Source: Psilocybe cubensis
Lineage: Eukaryota
Assembly (NCBI GenBank): GCA_017499595.2
Contig: CM039001.1
Coordinates: forward strand, 62,001-126,000
Length of the DNA: 64,000 nucleotides
Reading direction: 5' to 3'
Positions 1-12,900 of the stretch are shown here, piece by piece. Under the pieces are notes generated by a model. It made no database searches and had not been told where the DNA came from. It saw nothing but the letters and a program-made list of their open reading frames with translations. How positions within the stretch are numbered: the stretch's first letter is position 1; every line of letters begins with the position of its first letter. A program made the translations under genes and the position numbers.

Positions 1-60
1 ATCCCTAACCCTAACCAAGGCTAATATGTGCTTTGTGATGTAGGTGTTACATTGTGTTAA
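1..60 (+). repeat. Subtelomeric repeat unit with telomere-like CCCTAA motifs (copy 1, truncated by window edge)
   Basis: ccctaaccctaacc followed by gctaatatgtgctttgtg..gtaggtgttac; a near-identical string occurs at ~16072 and ~20429. Confidence 0.75.
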
Positions 61-631
61 TTGTATGTTTGTGAATGTGAATATGGATTGTAGATAGATG
101 ACACTAAATCCTTGAATATGTATTGACTGTGAATATGTGCATTGAATGCAACTATACAGACGGAGCGCATACTTTAATGCAAATGCAGTCTGTGATGTCA
201 TGCTATTGACTGCCATTTCAGAAGACTTTACGAGACGTGCTTACTCCAAGAGTCACAATCTCGATGCAGGTCAACACCAAACAAAAGTAGAACCATCGAA
301 ATCTGCACTGTTCAAATCTCAACATTTGTGCACACGGAGGGTTTGCCGCAGTTGCGTAACGGTTGCAAATTGCGAATCGGGACTAGCAAATTTTGGCCCG
401 ATGACAGTTATAGTGCGCTGTAAATTTGAAATTGAAGGAGTAATGCATACTTCTTGAACAATTAAACAGTTACATGATTAAATTGAACGAAAGCCATGCG
501 AAAAAGATATTTCCAGTACACTCGTGTTAATGGGTGCTTCAGTTACCACCCCACAACACGCAACAAGCCCACGTCTGCACTCCGTAAGTTAAAGCATACA
601 TAGATCAAATACCCCGCCATGCGTGTCAGAG

Positions 632-672
632 CGGAGTTTGAATGTCCTTGACAACAGCAAGGACAAACAACT
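632..672 (+). repeat. Fragment of the Helitron-like repeat family
   Basis: ggagtttgaatgtccttgacaacagcaaggacaaacaac is identical at ~5734 and ~26474, inside the larger repeats. Confidence 0.7.
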
Positions 673-2479
673 GGACACTTGTCATCTTCCACCACCGTGA
701 ACTCTCTGTTCCCCCAGCCACTTAAACAACAGCATGAGAATTGTAGTACGTGACTGGGCAGATGTGATGCAGGATAGCAAGGTCAAGGCACAGAGGAGGG
801 AAGAGGAGCGTCGAGGTGAGTGGTTTTTATTCAATGTTTGTTTTTTTGCCTGGAACGGACACACGGAAATCCCTGCAAGCCTCCGCCTCCATCTCTATTA
901 CCTCTATCCCCCTCTCTTTCACACACTACTGGAATACACTCTACATCGACGCCAGTGCAGCTAAACTGGGTCCATTTGACAGTTCGTGCGCTGCCTGCGT
1001 CGTGTCGGATGATCGAGTCTGTGCTCTCTGGTGCAGTGGAAATGTTGGTTTCGCTATCTCGCTTTCCCTATGTTGTTCCCTGTACAAGTCTATACAGATA
1101 TTCATGCGTTATATGCTACCCTGTATGTACGACGTCGAGCTTGACATAGACGCCAGCACCTCTCATCCGGTTTCACCTGTTTGCTGTCATCTGTGGGTGT
1201 CTTAGTACTGGTCAGTCAGATTGTATCAGAACCATTGTACCTGCACAATCCGGTCCTCCTGAACACAGGCTCAAACAACGGACACTGCCCTTGGTGTCTC
1301 TACTACAATACTGTTGGCGTTTCCCCTGCAAGGTCTCGGTTGAGCACACCCTACACCGTTGTATGCCTCCCACATTTGCACTCTAATGAATGTACTCTCC
1401 GACCATTGTTTTCCTGATTGTGTCTTATGTGCTCTCCATTGCCTCTACCAGCACCACCTTTCCATCCCCGTCAGCGTCCCCATCCTCGTCTTTGTCTGCT
1501 TTGCCCTTCACACAATCTATACTGATCGTACATGCGTCGCATCGTCTTGAACAAGAAGAAGAACACAATACGGCTCGCAAAATCAATGAAAAGGCACATC
1601 TAGGGGTAAGATCACCAACAGTAACGCGCGGGGAGACGAGGGTACTGTTTGAAAGACTCGTTGACCTCGAAATGTGCGCATATATGCGCTTCAACATCAA
1701 GGGAAGTACATATACAATGATGCTTACGGGTTCAATAGATGTCGTTTGGGTTTAGATGGAGGTGAGGCTGATCGATCCTGTTTAGAAGCTGGGTATGCAT
1801 CCAGGAGTGTTGCACAATGTCTTTGCAAGTGAGTGGTTCGACTCGCATGCACATCATGATGGGCCTTGAGACACCTTGCTCGCAATTTCATTCGCAGTTG
1901 TCACTTTCTGCGGTTCGATGTGTTTTTTGTAAGGGCTGAGCAACCAAAGGCCGCGAAGGAAGAGGATCGCACTTTTTGCAGTTCATTATCCTGCGTGCTT
2001 GTACATGTTTGCGAACCATTGTCCAATGTACCCTAAAGCTCAATTCTGGATTACCCACTACAACTCTACAAAATCTGGACTGCAGTGCTGTAACTATTTG
2101 ACATGTAGCTTGCTCTGAGCGCCCAACCGCCGCTTTGTCAGGTCAGTTCCAGTGTGCGTTGCAACCTATTTGTCAAATATATGCGCAAATTGCTCATCTA
2201 GCGAATGGGTGAAACCGTCTGAGAGAGGGTTGCGAATGCTGGCAGGTTTGTGGCAAAGTTGTAAGATGTGTACTTTGGATGCGCAAGGACAGGCGGATTC
2301 GTCGTTGTCGTGCAGGGTTGTGAGGCCGTTGGTGCACTTGGCGTCCATTTAGAGTTATAAGTTGTACTCGGATGTGTGGGCATGCACTGACGGTGCATTC
2401 ACATTCACTGACGTACACTAACCTTCAGTGATGGCACACTGACGATACCAGGGATAGTGTGAGCAAACACAAACAAACA

Positions 2480-3109
2480 CGAAAGCTTCCTCTGCTGCGC
2501 GGCGGGGTGGGGGAGTCGGCGGCAGCGGCAGCGGCGGCGGAGGCGCGGGGGTGGCGGTGCAATGACATGCAGCAATGTGTGTGTCGTTGTGGGCGGCGAG
2601 CGAAGGTGGTGGGGGCAGCAACAGGCAGCGACGAGCAGTGAACAACAACGACACGCGTCCAGTCAGGTGACCTCTCTAGGTGGGACCGACGCTGGAGGCC
2701 GGCCTCCACTCGCGCGTATGACGCGCGTACGAATCGAGGCCGGCCTCAGGTGGCCTCGACGTGTTTATTTTTAGATGGAGGCCGGCCTCCAGTGCCTGTC
2801 AAAAATTATTTTTAGACGGAGGCCGGCCTCCAATGCCTGTCAAAGTTATTTTTAGACGGAGGCCGGCCTCCAGTGACCTCCATCTATTTGGAGGCCGGCC
2901 TCCAGTGACCTCCATCAATTTGGAGGCTGGCCTTGGTAAAATACACCTTTAATTGCATAGCACCTCCGTATGTACAAAATAAAATATTTTGAAAGTGTAT
3001 TTGGGGGTTTTTGGGGTCCAGGAATCCGAATCTGCCATCAGATTTCTGGAATTCTGAACAGGAGGCCCAATGCAACAAAGGCCCCCCCTTCGGGGGGGAA
3101 TAAGCCTAG
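2480..3109 (+). mobile_element. Non-autonomous Helitron-like element, copy 1 (5' boundary uncertain)
   Basis: GC-rich repeats, then a GGAGGCCGGCCTCC array (~2694-2935), a conserved ~170-bp tail, hairpin C7-TTC-G7 (3082-3098) and CTAG (3106-3109), matching the Helitron 3' signature (hairpin then CTRR). Confidence 0.65.
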
Positions 3110-4436
3110 GGTAAGATGACTAGTTATAAAAAATTTAACAAAATTACAGTACAGCAAGGCCGAGATGTATCAAAGACAAGACAGCAAAATGGCAGCGACA
3201 GGAGGCGAGTAGAGGCAGCGCGGCGGCAGCGACAGGCGGCGACGGCGGGACGACAGGCGGCGACGGCGGAATGACAGGCGGGGAGGGGAGGCGGCAGCGG
3301 CAGCGGCGGCCCGGTGTGGCGGCGCAACAACACGCAGCAGAGTGCGTGTCGTGGTGGGCGGCGAGTGGACGCGACGGCGGGACGACGCGCGGTGACGTCG
3401 TGACGACAGGCGGCGACGGCGGGACGACAGGCGTTGACAGCGGAATGACAGGCGGCGAGGCAGGCGGCAGCGGCAGCGGCGGCCCGGTGTGGCGGTGCAA
3501 CAACACGCAGCAGAGTGCGTGTCGTGGTGGGCGGCGAGTGGACGCGACGGCGGGACGACGCGCGGTGACGTCGTGACGACAGGCGACGACGGCGGGATAA
3601 CACGCGGTGACGGCTGAACGACATGCGGCAACGGCGGGACGACAGGCGGCGACGGCGGGACGACACGCGCTGACGGCGGAATGACAGGCGGCGAGGGAAG
3701 GCGGCAGCGGCATGACAGGGGACGAGGAGAGGCGGCAGCAGCAGCAGCGGCCCGGGTGTGGCGGCACAACAACACGCAGCAGAGTGCGTGTTGTGGTGGG
3801 CGGCGACTAGACGCGACGTCGGGACGACGCGCGGTGACGTCGTGACGACAGGCGGCGACGGCGGGATGACACGCGGTGACGGCTGAACGACAGGCGTCGA
3901 GTGGAGGTGGCGGCAGCAGCAGTGGCCCGGAGGTGGCAGCGCAACAACATGCAGTGGCAAGCGCAGGCGTCGGGCAGACGGCGAGCGCAAGCGTTGGGAC
4001 GGCAAGCGCTGGCGTTGGGACGGCAAGCGCTGGCATCGGGACGGCGAGCGCTGGCATCGGGACGGCGAGCGCTGGCATCGGGAGACAGGCGGGAGGCCGG
4101 CCTCCAGTGCCTGTCAAAAATTTATTTTTAGACGGAGGCCGGCCTCCAGTGCCTGTCAAAAATTTATTTTTAGACGGAGGCCGGCCTCCAGTGCCTGTCA
4201 AAAGTTATTTTTAGACGGAGGCCGGCCTCCAGTGGCCTCCATCAATTTGGAGGCCGGCCTCCGTAAATTACACATTTAATTATGTAGCACCTCCGTATGT
4301 ACAAAATAAAATATTTTGAAAGTGTATTTGGGGGTTTTTGGGGTCCAGGAATCCGAATCTGCCATCAGATTTCAGGATTTCTGAACAGGAGGCCCAATGC
4401 AATGAAGGCCCCCCCTTCGGGGGGGAATAAGCCTAG
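3110..4436 (+). mobile_element. Non-autonomous Helitron-like element, copy 2, directly downstream of copy 1
   Basis: Long GC-rich minisatellite (~3200-4090), five palindromes at 4092-4262, same tail, hairpin 4409-4425, CTAG 4433-4436. Confidence 0.65.
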
Positions 4437-5329
4437 CCTCGACGATTGCTCAACGAATCCACACACCGTGTTGCAGGTGTTTTAAAGAGGTCAGTAACTA
4501 CATTCTGAAGCCATTTTCATACTCACTCACATTTTGTTTGACGTGCCGCCACCTTTGGATGATACTTTGCACGGAAGGTCAATGTTGTTGAAAGCCCTTG
4601 AGAAGGTTAGCAACCCTGTCAATCTCGTTTTAACACCGTACTCACTGACGTGTCCAGCCTGAATGCCTCATCTCGCGTTGAACGTGGCCCACCGACGTGT
4701 CCTCCATCCATCCCAGCTCGCAAATGACGCGTTCAAGTGCTCGTCTCGTTCTGCAATTCACCTGTGTCTCGGAGGCTGTCCGCACCACCATCCATTCCCG
4801 CACGCCCGCATGCTGTGCCACCTCGTGAAGACTTGCTTGTAGAACATTGAAGGGGCTTCAAACGGTGAGTAACTATGTGCGCATCATATTAATATTCTAC
4901 TCACCAATATGGCCAGCATACCCGGCTGATGTTGTGTTGGACACACTCCGCCAACACAGGCTGCATGCATCCCGCCACATCCGCATGCTGTTCCTCCTCG
5001 AAAACATGTCGAACGTTGAAGGACCTTGAGAAGGTCAGTGAGGTGTTAATGTTGTCATGATGCCGTACTCACCAACATAGCCAGCGTACTCGCACCATGC
5101 CGTGTTGTGTTCAACAAGGTCCGCCCACCCACTCATTCACCTGTGTCCCGCCTTGACAACAACATGATGGAATCACATTGAAGCTTCTCGCACGCCGTCC
5201 CGTCTTGACAACGATACATTTTCCAACATCCAAGAACGATGGAAAGTCTGTAAGCACTCACCAAACTTGACATCTGAATCTATTGACACCTCCCCAAAGT
5301 CAACTTGCATCGCTATCCACCATGTACCC

Positions 5330-6501
5330 TGCATTTTGCGAGTGTTTTGAGCTTCCGTTTCTTCCGAAAATTCCCATTTGCAAAGTGCAAATGAGACCGA
5401 GTGCTGCTCACCTAAAGCCGTCTGGTCTACATTGCATTGCAGTGTAGTTGTGATTAGTCAAACATATGTGTAATTTCATGAATATTTTGCCACCATTCAA
5501 TGACGACCATGGTTAGATGTCTGGGACAATGGGAATATGGAGATGGGAGGAGGGGAGCGAGAGCGAGAGCAATGAAGTGGCGTAGGTGGGAGACAAAGGC
5601 ACTGCGTATATGCATCATAGTACGCACATGCAAGGTGGTGGATGACGTGTCTCAACAGGTGGACTCAATGCGCGGAGGATGGACACTGAACTGCACTGAC
5701 ACCTTACAAAATGTACAGAGGAGCTGCAGGTTCGGAGTTTGAATGTCCTTGACAACAGCAAGGACAAACAACGCGACTCTTGGGCGGCGAGTGTCGGCGG
5801 TGGCGGGGGCTGCAACTGCGGCTGCGTGGGGGTGGCAGTGCAACGACACACAGCAGAGTGTGTGTCGTTGTGGGCGGCAAGTGGAGGCGGCGGCAGGACG
5901 AAAGGTGGCAAGTGGAGGCGGCGCGGCGGCAGCAACAGGCGACGAGTGGAGGCCGCGGTGGCAGAAGCGGCCCGGAGTGGCGGCACAATAACACGCAGCG
6001 GCAAGCAAAGGCGTCGGGACGGCGAGCGCAGGCGTCGGGCAGGCGGCGAGCGCAAGTGTTGGGACGGTGAGCGCAGGCGTTAGGAGACAGGCGGGAGGCC
6101 GGCCTCCACTCGTGCGTACGACGCGCGTACAAGTCGAGGCTGGTCTCAGGTGGCCTCGACACATTTATTTTTAGACGGAGGCCGGCCTCCAGTGCCTGTC
6201 AAAAAATATTTTTAGACGGAGGCCGGCCTCCAGTGACCTCCATCTATTTGGAGGCCGGCCTCCAGTGACCTCCATCAATTTGGAGGCCGGCCTCCAGTGG
6301 CCTCCATCAATTTGGAGGCCGGCCTCGGTAAAATACACATTTAATTACATAGCACCTCCGTATGTACAAAATAAAATATTTTGAAAATGTATTTGGGGGT
6401 TTTTGGGGTCCAGGAATCCGAATCTGGCATCAGATTTCAGCAATTCTGAATAGAATGCCCAATGCAACGAAGGCCCCCCCTTCGAGGGGGAATAAGCTTA
6501 G
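5330..6501 (+). mobile_element. Non-autonomous Helitron-like element, copy 3
   Basis: Palindrome array ~6094-6327, same tail, hairpin 6474-6490 with one mismatch, ends TTAG (6498-6501). Upstream 5330-5415 is similar to 26230-26313. Confidence 0.6.
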
Positions 6502-9500
6502 AACGCAGGTAAGCTACGCTGTCCAATACATAAAAAAGAGCTGACATACCCGAAATGCGATTGCATGGGCAGACACCGCCGCCGGAGCTCACCAATCGAC
6601 TTTTCACACTCTCTATCAAAGCTTGCACGTCAATAAGGGACCCCGCCATGCAGAAAGATTTCTAAAGGCTGAATACGGATTGACATACCAACCAGTTGAT
6701 ACACGCTTGCCGCGGCGCTGACGGTGTGCTCGACATTGACAGAACAACTTCAAGGATGCACCATGGTGAGTTGCATTCCATGAACGACGTGCTGGATGCT
6801 CACCTCCCGCTCATTGCTGGGTCACATTTCCATTTCCCAAGTACACATTTTCCCCTGCAAAAACCGTTGAGTTGTTGATATTGCTGAATTTTGCATTGGT
6901 GAATGCTTGAAATCCTGCGATGGTAAATGGCGCTGTGAGAAGATTACTCGACCTACAAGTGAAAACCTCGACATGACACCCTACCTGTCGGAGTCATCGA
7001 ATGACTCAAAGTGCTCATTTATGGCGTGCTTTGATATTCGATGGTAATGTAGAGGTATTGTCTGTATTGTTTGTTAAGAGATATTATGAGGTGCGATGGT
7101 CTCCTGCTTGATTCCATGCTTCATTTAAACACCCTTGTTGAGTCGTGTGGGTGTTGTAAAAATAGTCCAAGTGTAGTGTCATTTGCCACCCAATTTGGAA
7201 AGCTTTGTTGCATACTGACACGGCCTGTCGAAGTTGCTTGATGGTTGACAAAAGCGACAAGTATATGACAAGCAGTTAAAATATATTTGTTCAGAATATT
7301 CGCTAAATTGACAGACAGCTGCCACGGCTACGTCTAAGATTTGAGTTCACCTTGTTCTGAATCGTATAATGCATTGTATCCACCCCAAATTCAGTGGTCG
7401 ATGTGCACAATGTAGACGTCGCACCTGTGCACAAGGTTCATGTTGTTACATTGAATCTTAACATTCCATCTAAATCTGTTTTTATTGCTTATACGCGCAA
7501 TGTAATACTTATTCACCTTGTACATCTGTCATGGATTCGTGTTTCGTAGGTGAATCTGTCCCTGAGTAGCATAGCCAGACAGCTGGCCAGACAGTTAAAT
7601 GACGGAGGAGTCGAAGAGGTTCTGCCACACGCTTCTGTATAACACATCACACATCATTGGGACGAACAGACAAGCAGACAGACGCACAAACATGCAATGA
7701 ACAGCCGGCTAGACACACGGACACACAACCACTCACCCAGAACAAGTACAAGTTACGAAAGGTAAATACATACAATCCAGAAGAACACCGACAACGCGTG
7801 TCGCGTCGTGTTTAGCTTACCCCGCTGCGTACCCGGATCAGCGTCTAGGTGCCGGCGTTAGGAAATTTAAGTTCGGCGTCCTGTGCATAGACGCCTAGCC
7901 AGATGCATAGATGCACGAGGGTCTGGTTTTTCCAGCTAGCCAGCAATGCAGCGGCCAGAGACGAAGCGACTCAAAGCTAGCCATACAGACTACGACGAGA
8001 CAGCGATACAGTGTCTGCCTCTATTTGCGAATCAAATTTTCCACTTGTACTAGAACAAACCCCAAATAGCAACAACAAGGAGATTCGGCGACGACCACCA
8101 CCACGCAAGGGCTGCATCCGATTCCAAGTTCGAGATTTATTCAAAGGTAAGAGTTGCACAGAGAACGTACATATCGTGTTCCTGGTCATAGAGAGGCGTT
8201 GCAGGTAATCGGGCATTGAGCATATAGTGGGCAGGTTCAGGTTTGAGCGTGGAGAGGCGGACGGTGGACAATGGAGCACGCAGAGCCAGTACAACACGGA
8301 GCAGAACACGAAATTGAAAGAAAGCAAGCTCATTAATGCTCCCACGGTGCTCCGTTGCTAGATACAGACGGATAGCGCTCTGCCCCGCACGCAATGGCAA
8401 GCGACAACCCAGAACATTGAGAATGTCGAGCCATAGGCGGTTAGTGGTGTGTATGAGAGCCGAAACATTCACTTACAAAACCATCGTTCCAACCTCCTAG
8501 CACTTACACCCCGGCCTCTCGCCGGGATCAACCACATCTCCATCTCTATCTGCACCCCAGACCCCGGCTTCAAACCCGTGCACATCAACGCATGTGCACT
8601 GCCCTTCTACATAGAGGTGCGTTTATTTACCTTTGTTAATCATTCCATCAACCCGACTCCTGTCATCTTACATCTACCTATCAATCCAGTCGTCGCCGTT
8701 GCGCACATCTGCATACACAAACAGAGAAGTGCGGTGCTCACCATTACTCCGCATCCCTTCTCTCTGTGACTACCGACCGAGAACCGCCGCCCATGTGGTG
8801 GTCTGCATGGTGGAGGTCGAATGCTGCCGAATATGTCCACTCGTACCTACGTGCCAGGCAAACTAGGCACCCAAGAGGAGGTGGCGCGTGTCTGATTGTG
8901 TTGTGTGAGGTGTCGGCGATGTGTGATGGAGCATGGGTTCGTCGACGAGGCTGTTTTCACGATGAAGAATGGGTAGCGGGTACTCACTTTGTCATTTCTC
9001 CCCCGCTCACTGTCTCCATCTATTCCATCAATGCTGAGCACGATGCAAACACCCGACAACGAGGACATCAGGATGGGGATAGTGTGTTGTTGTGCGAGAA
9101 AGTGAGTACTCACTTTGTAAACGCGCCATTATCCCACCAACGAGATGCAGTGTTTTCTTCTAGTGGGTACTCACTTGGTTACGGCGCTGTCATATATCCC
9201 TCCCAGACTATTGTCATCAACGCTGAGATCTTTGCTGTCTACGGCGAGGTCTATGACAAGCTTAGGGTAGGCATTAGCAGTGTTATTCTGCGAGTGTGTA
9301 CTCACTTGGTCACTGTGCTGTCATATCTCACTCTCAGCCTCCAGCTAGTCCCCCTATCCCATCAACGACAAGGTCGACGACAAGCCTAAGGTGGACATTA
9401 ACAGTGTTACTCGACAAAAAGGCGGTACTCACGTTGTTACTGCCCCTATGCACCTCTGTGAACAACCAATGCCGAGTCTAGGGTGCCTCCACACACTGGC

Positions 9501-10234
9501 ATTACCATTCTGTGCGTCTTTTGCTGATACAAGTCTGTCCAGTCGGTTGAGCTCTGCCAATAACGAGTCTAGGCATCAGCAGTCATTCCCCAAGGTATCG
9601 GCGCTCACGTCTTCACTGCGCTGTCGTCCCCTCGCTCCCTGCCTCCAGCTATTCACTATGGAACCCCTAAGCAAATGACGTGGCGCACGATGACGTACGT
9701 GCTTTAAGGTCTGTGCCAACGGCCAACGCCGTGTCTAGGCAACAGCGGTCGTTTCGCAAGGGTGTCGGTACTCACGTCGTCACTGCGCTGTCCTGCCCTC
9801 ACTCCTGCTATTCACTTTGGGAACCCCTGAGCAAGTGACATGACACACAAAGAGGTGCGTGCTCACCCTCAGATACATGTAGCCACTATACCATCGTCAT
9901 TTCGCAGAAATGGTGGGGGCAATCACCTGGTCAGTGAGTCGGGTGTCCCTGTTTCGTCGGCGGTGGCGGCAGTCTGCAGAATGAGTGACACCGCGACCCG
10001 TCGAGCGACAAACACTTACCATTCCTTTGTGCAGGTGCGGCCGGAGAGTGGTGCACTGTAACGCTGCCACGTCATTGTCAGTTTGTGGTCCTCAACAAAA
10101 GGTGTGTTGACTTGCCATGAAAGACTGCAATGACTGTCAGCTCGCTGTCCAGTTCAGATGCGATGCTGGATAGAGATGTGAGGATATCCGACATGACGCA
10201 GACCAAATTGGTCTTAAAGGTGATTCGGAGCCAG

Positions 10235-11959
10235 GGCGCCTCAAAGGGTGGGTATTCAATGGGCATATGGTTTCCAGCGGGCTCGGTTAAAGAAGAATCT
10301 AGCGATGATGTCGAGTCCTGTATACAATATGTTAGAAAACATCGTCACAGAATGAAATGTACAGCTTACAGGGTTCTTTGTTTTGCCTTTCGGTCCGTGG
10401 TGCTTGAATGTCCAGAGTACCCGTCCCTTTAAGATTAACGAATCGATTCCCGAATAGATAATTCCACCCCATAGCCACAAACGCGTTCCGAACGATGGCC
10501 GCAAGTTGCGCACTTCATGCAGATCCTTCTGCACCCATGACCTGTGCAACGTGTGCAACGAAGTATCCTACGATGACATGTCAGCAGCGGCTGCAACAGT
10601 GCCATCTGACGATTCCGCTTCACTAGGGTGCACAGCGTTCCAAGCAGCTTTGGCGGCAAGAATGCCGCTCTTCATCGCGTTATGGGTTCCTTTAATCTTT
10701 GCAATGTTGACGAATCCAGCGGAGAAGCCGACGAGAGCACCACCAGGGAAGTTTAGCTTGGGCACGGACTGCAAGCCTCCTTCGTTCAACACGCGCGCAG
10801 CGTAAGAGAGGCGTTCGGCTTTGGGGAATGTGAGGAGAGCGCGGAAGTATGGGTGGTGTTTCATGCGCTTTCGAGGGATGCTTCGTTAGCTATGAAAAAG
10901 GAATATCGCGCAAGAAAGCGCACCTGGAATTCACAATCCGGGCTCAGCCATGGATTTTTGTAATCCAGCCCAATTACTAGCCCCAGACTGACGAGCCCTC
11001 CATCCATGTGGTACACCCATCCACCGCCGTAAGTGTCTTTGTCTAGAGGCCATTCGAGCATGTGCACGACCTCTCCGGGTTTATGTTTCTCCGGATCGAC
11101 ACGCCAAACCTCCTTCAGACCGATTCCATACGTCTGGGGCTCTGCCTCCTTGCGAGGATTGTGCAAGATAATAGCTTGCTTCGACAGACTTCCGTGAGCA
11201 CCTTCGGCAAGAAGAGTTACCTTTGCACGGAACGCCATCCCAGGCTCAAACGAAGATTTCATGCGATAGTTCTTCGTCAAGCCAACTTCGTTGGTGATCA
11301 CGCCCTGCACGCTACGAAATTTGTTGCCCCATGGATTGGTGGAATCGGGTTCGTCGCTGAGAAGTAGCTGCGTGCCTGCGAAGCCGGGATATATCTCGAC
11401 GCCGTATTTGTTCTCGGCCACGCCGGCGAGCCACCTGGTAAATTGTGAGAGCGAAGCAACGTAGTTGCCCTTGTTAGACATTTGTGGGGGGTGGGGTATT
11501 GGCAGAGAGATTTTGGGGGTAAGGAAGAGCATTTTTGAAGAGGGTTTAGGGTTGTGTAAGAGGGTGGTCAGACATGGATGTCCAGTCTGGCAGCAATTCA
11601 TCCAGTGCGCGAGGTTCAATCACAGCACCAGAGACAATATGGGAACCTACACGAGATCTTCAATGCCCTGAGATAAGAACGGCGAGTTTCTGACTGCACG
11701 CACCTATTTCAGTGCCCTTCTCGAGCACAACAACACGGATTTCGTTCCCTTTTTCACGTTCGATCTGCTTCAGGCGAATCGCAGCACTGATACCAGCAGG
11801 TCCACCACCGACAATGCAGACATCGACCTCATCCTCCGCCCGCTCGACTGCGGCGGCGTTGAATGGCGCTGCCGAGGAGTCGTTCCTGTGCCAGACTGAG
11901 GTCTTGAAGGACCTTACCAGACTCAAAGCTGGCTTCAACGGTTTCCTGTACCGCAACAT
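10235..11959 (-). pseudogene. ETFDH: Electron transfer flavoprotein-ubiquinone oxidoreductase (ETF-QO) pseudogene
   Basis: Motifs [62 protein letters not shown], with GT-AG introns. Frameshift at ~11541-11553, in-frame TAG at 10568-10570, and homology ends after PIEYPPFEAP (~10235), so the C-terminal 4Fe-4S region is missing. Confidence 0.9.
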
Positions 11960-12180
11960 GGGATGTGGAACGAAGGAAGGGTATGATTTCCACCATAACC
12001 TATTGGCTGGGTGTCACATGATTATCTGGCGCGACGTTGGCCCGCGTTCCGGCGAGTCATCTCGACAACCCTTCAACTCTCCATCCACATCTGTTATCAG
12101 GGGTTCTGAAAGAGTTCTGACAACCGTGGTATACTCTCAAATCAAGGTTCTGCGATGGGCGTCCCTTCAACACGACCCAC

Positions 12181-12900
12181 ATGGCCTACCGCTGCTCGCA
12201 TCCAGAGGTTGAGCTCAAGGCCCTCGATATCTTCAACACCAAATCCGATAGAGACCAGCATAACACCCTCCTAGATCTCCTCGATGTGTACCCTGACTGG
12301 GTTGTATGGGCTCCGAAGCTGGATCACGCACGACTGGTCGAACATTTTCGTCGGGTACGGCTTCTTCACGATTCAGGAGTGGATTCTGGCTGATCCATAA
12401 CATCCAGATGGAAAGCATACCATCTAAGAGGAATGAAGTCCCTCCATTGCGTATGTTGCAAGTGTCACTTGAACGATTCGTGCTTCAGGCGCTCATCGAC
12501 ATTGCAGTTTCGTCGAAGCCCTCACTTACCTCAGCGAAGATGATGATTCAGAATTGCACACCGACACAACGGCATACTGGATGCACCAGCGATTCGGGGT
12601 GTCTCCCTTATTCTTCAGAGCGGTACTCTCTAGAAATTTCACTGGAAACGCCTGTCTCCTCCGCACTGAAGGAGGAAAACGGATTTCTCTCGGTTCTTCC
12701 CTTGTTTGCTGCCATTCTTGACTTACCTCAATCGATGTCCTAGATGGACTATACCGCTTCAGTTCCGGTCTAGGAGCTCTTATGAGCCGCGTCAGGTTCT
12801 CGCACAGTCTTCGCACAAATAGGTCCTCTGTGCTCTCTGGCTCTTGTGGCAGTGGTACCAAAGTCGCGTAGACGCAAAGTCTCTGGGGCTGGAGAACCGG
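12181..12900 (+). pseudogene. Degenerate intron-containing hypothetical gene, divergent from the ETF-QO copy
   Basis: Protein-like exons (MAYRCSHPEVELKALDIF..., AHRHCSFVEALTYLSEDDDSE...) can be joined by GT-AG introns, then run into stops. No family recognised. Confidence 0.3.

Noticed and set aside
3124..4214. Long ORFs of 200-343 aa (and similar ORFs at 5615-6164 and 26401-26845)
   Set aside because: Low-complexity translations of GC-rich repeats that are open in several frames on both strands.
2694..4262. CRISPR-like array of palindromic repeats
   Set aside because: Spacers are near-identical to each other, the context is eukaryotic and there are no cas genes. It is a transposon-internal minisatellite.
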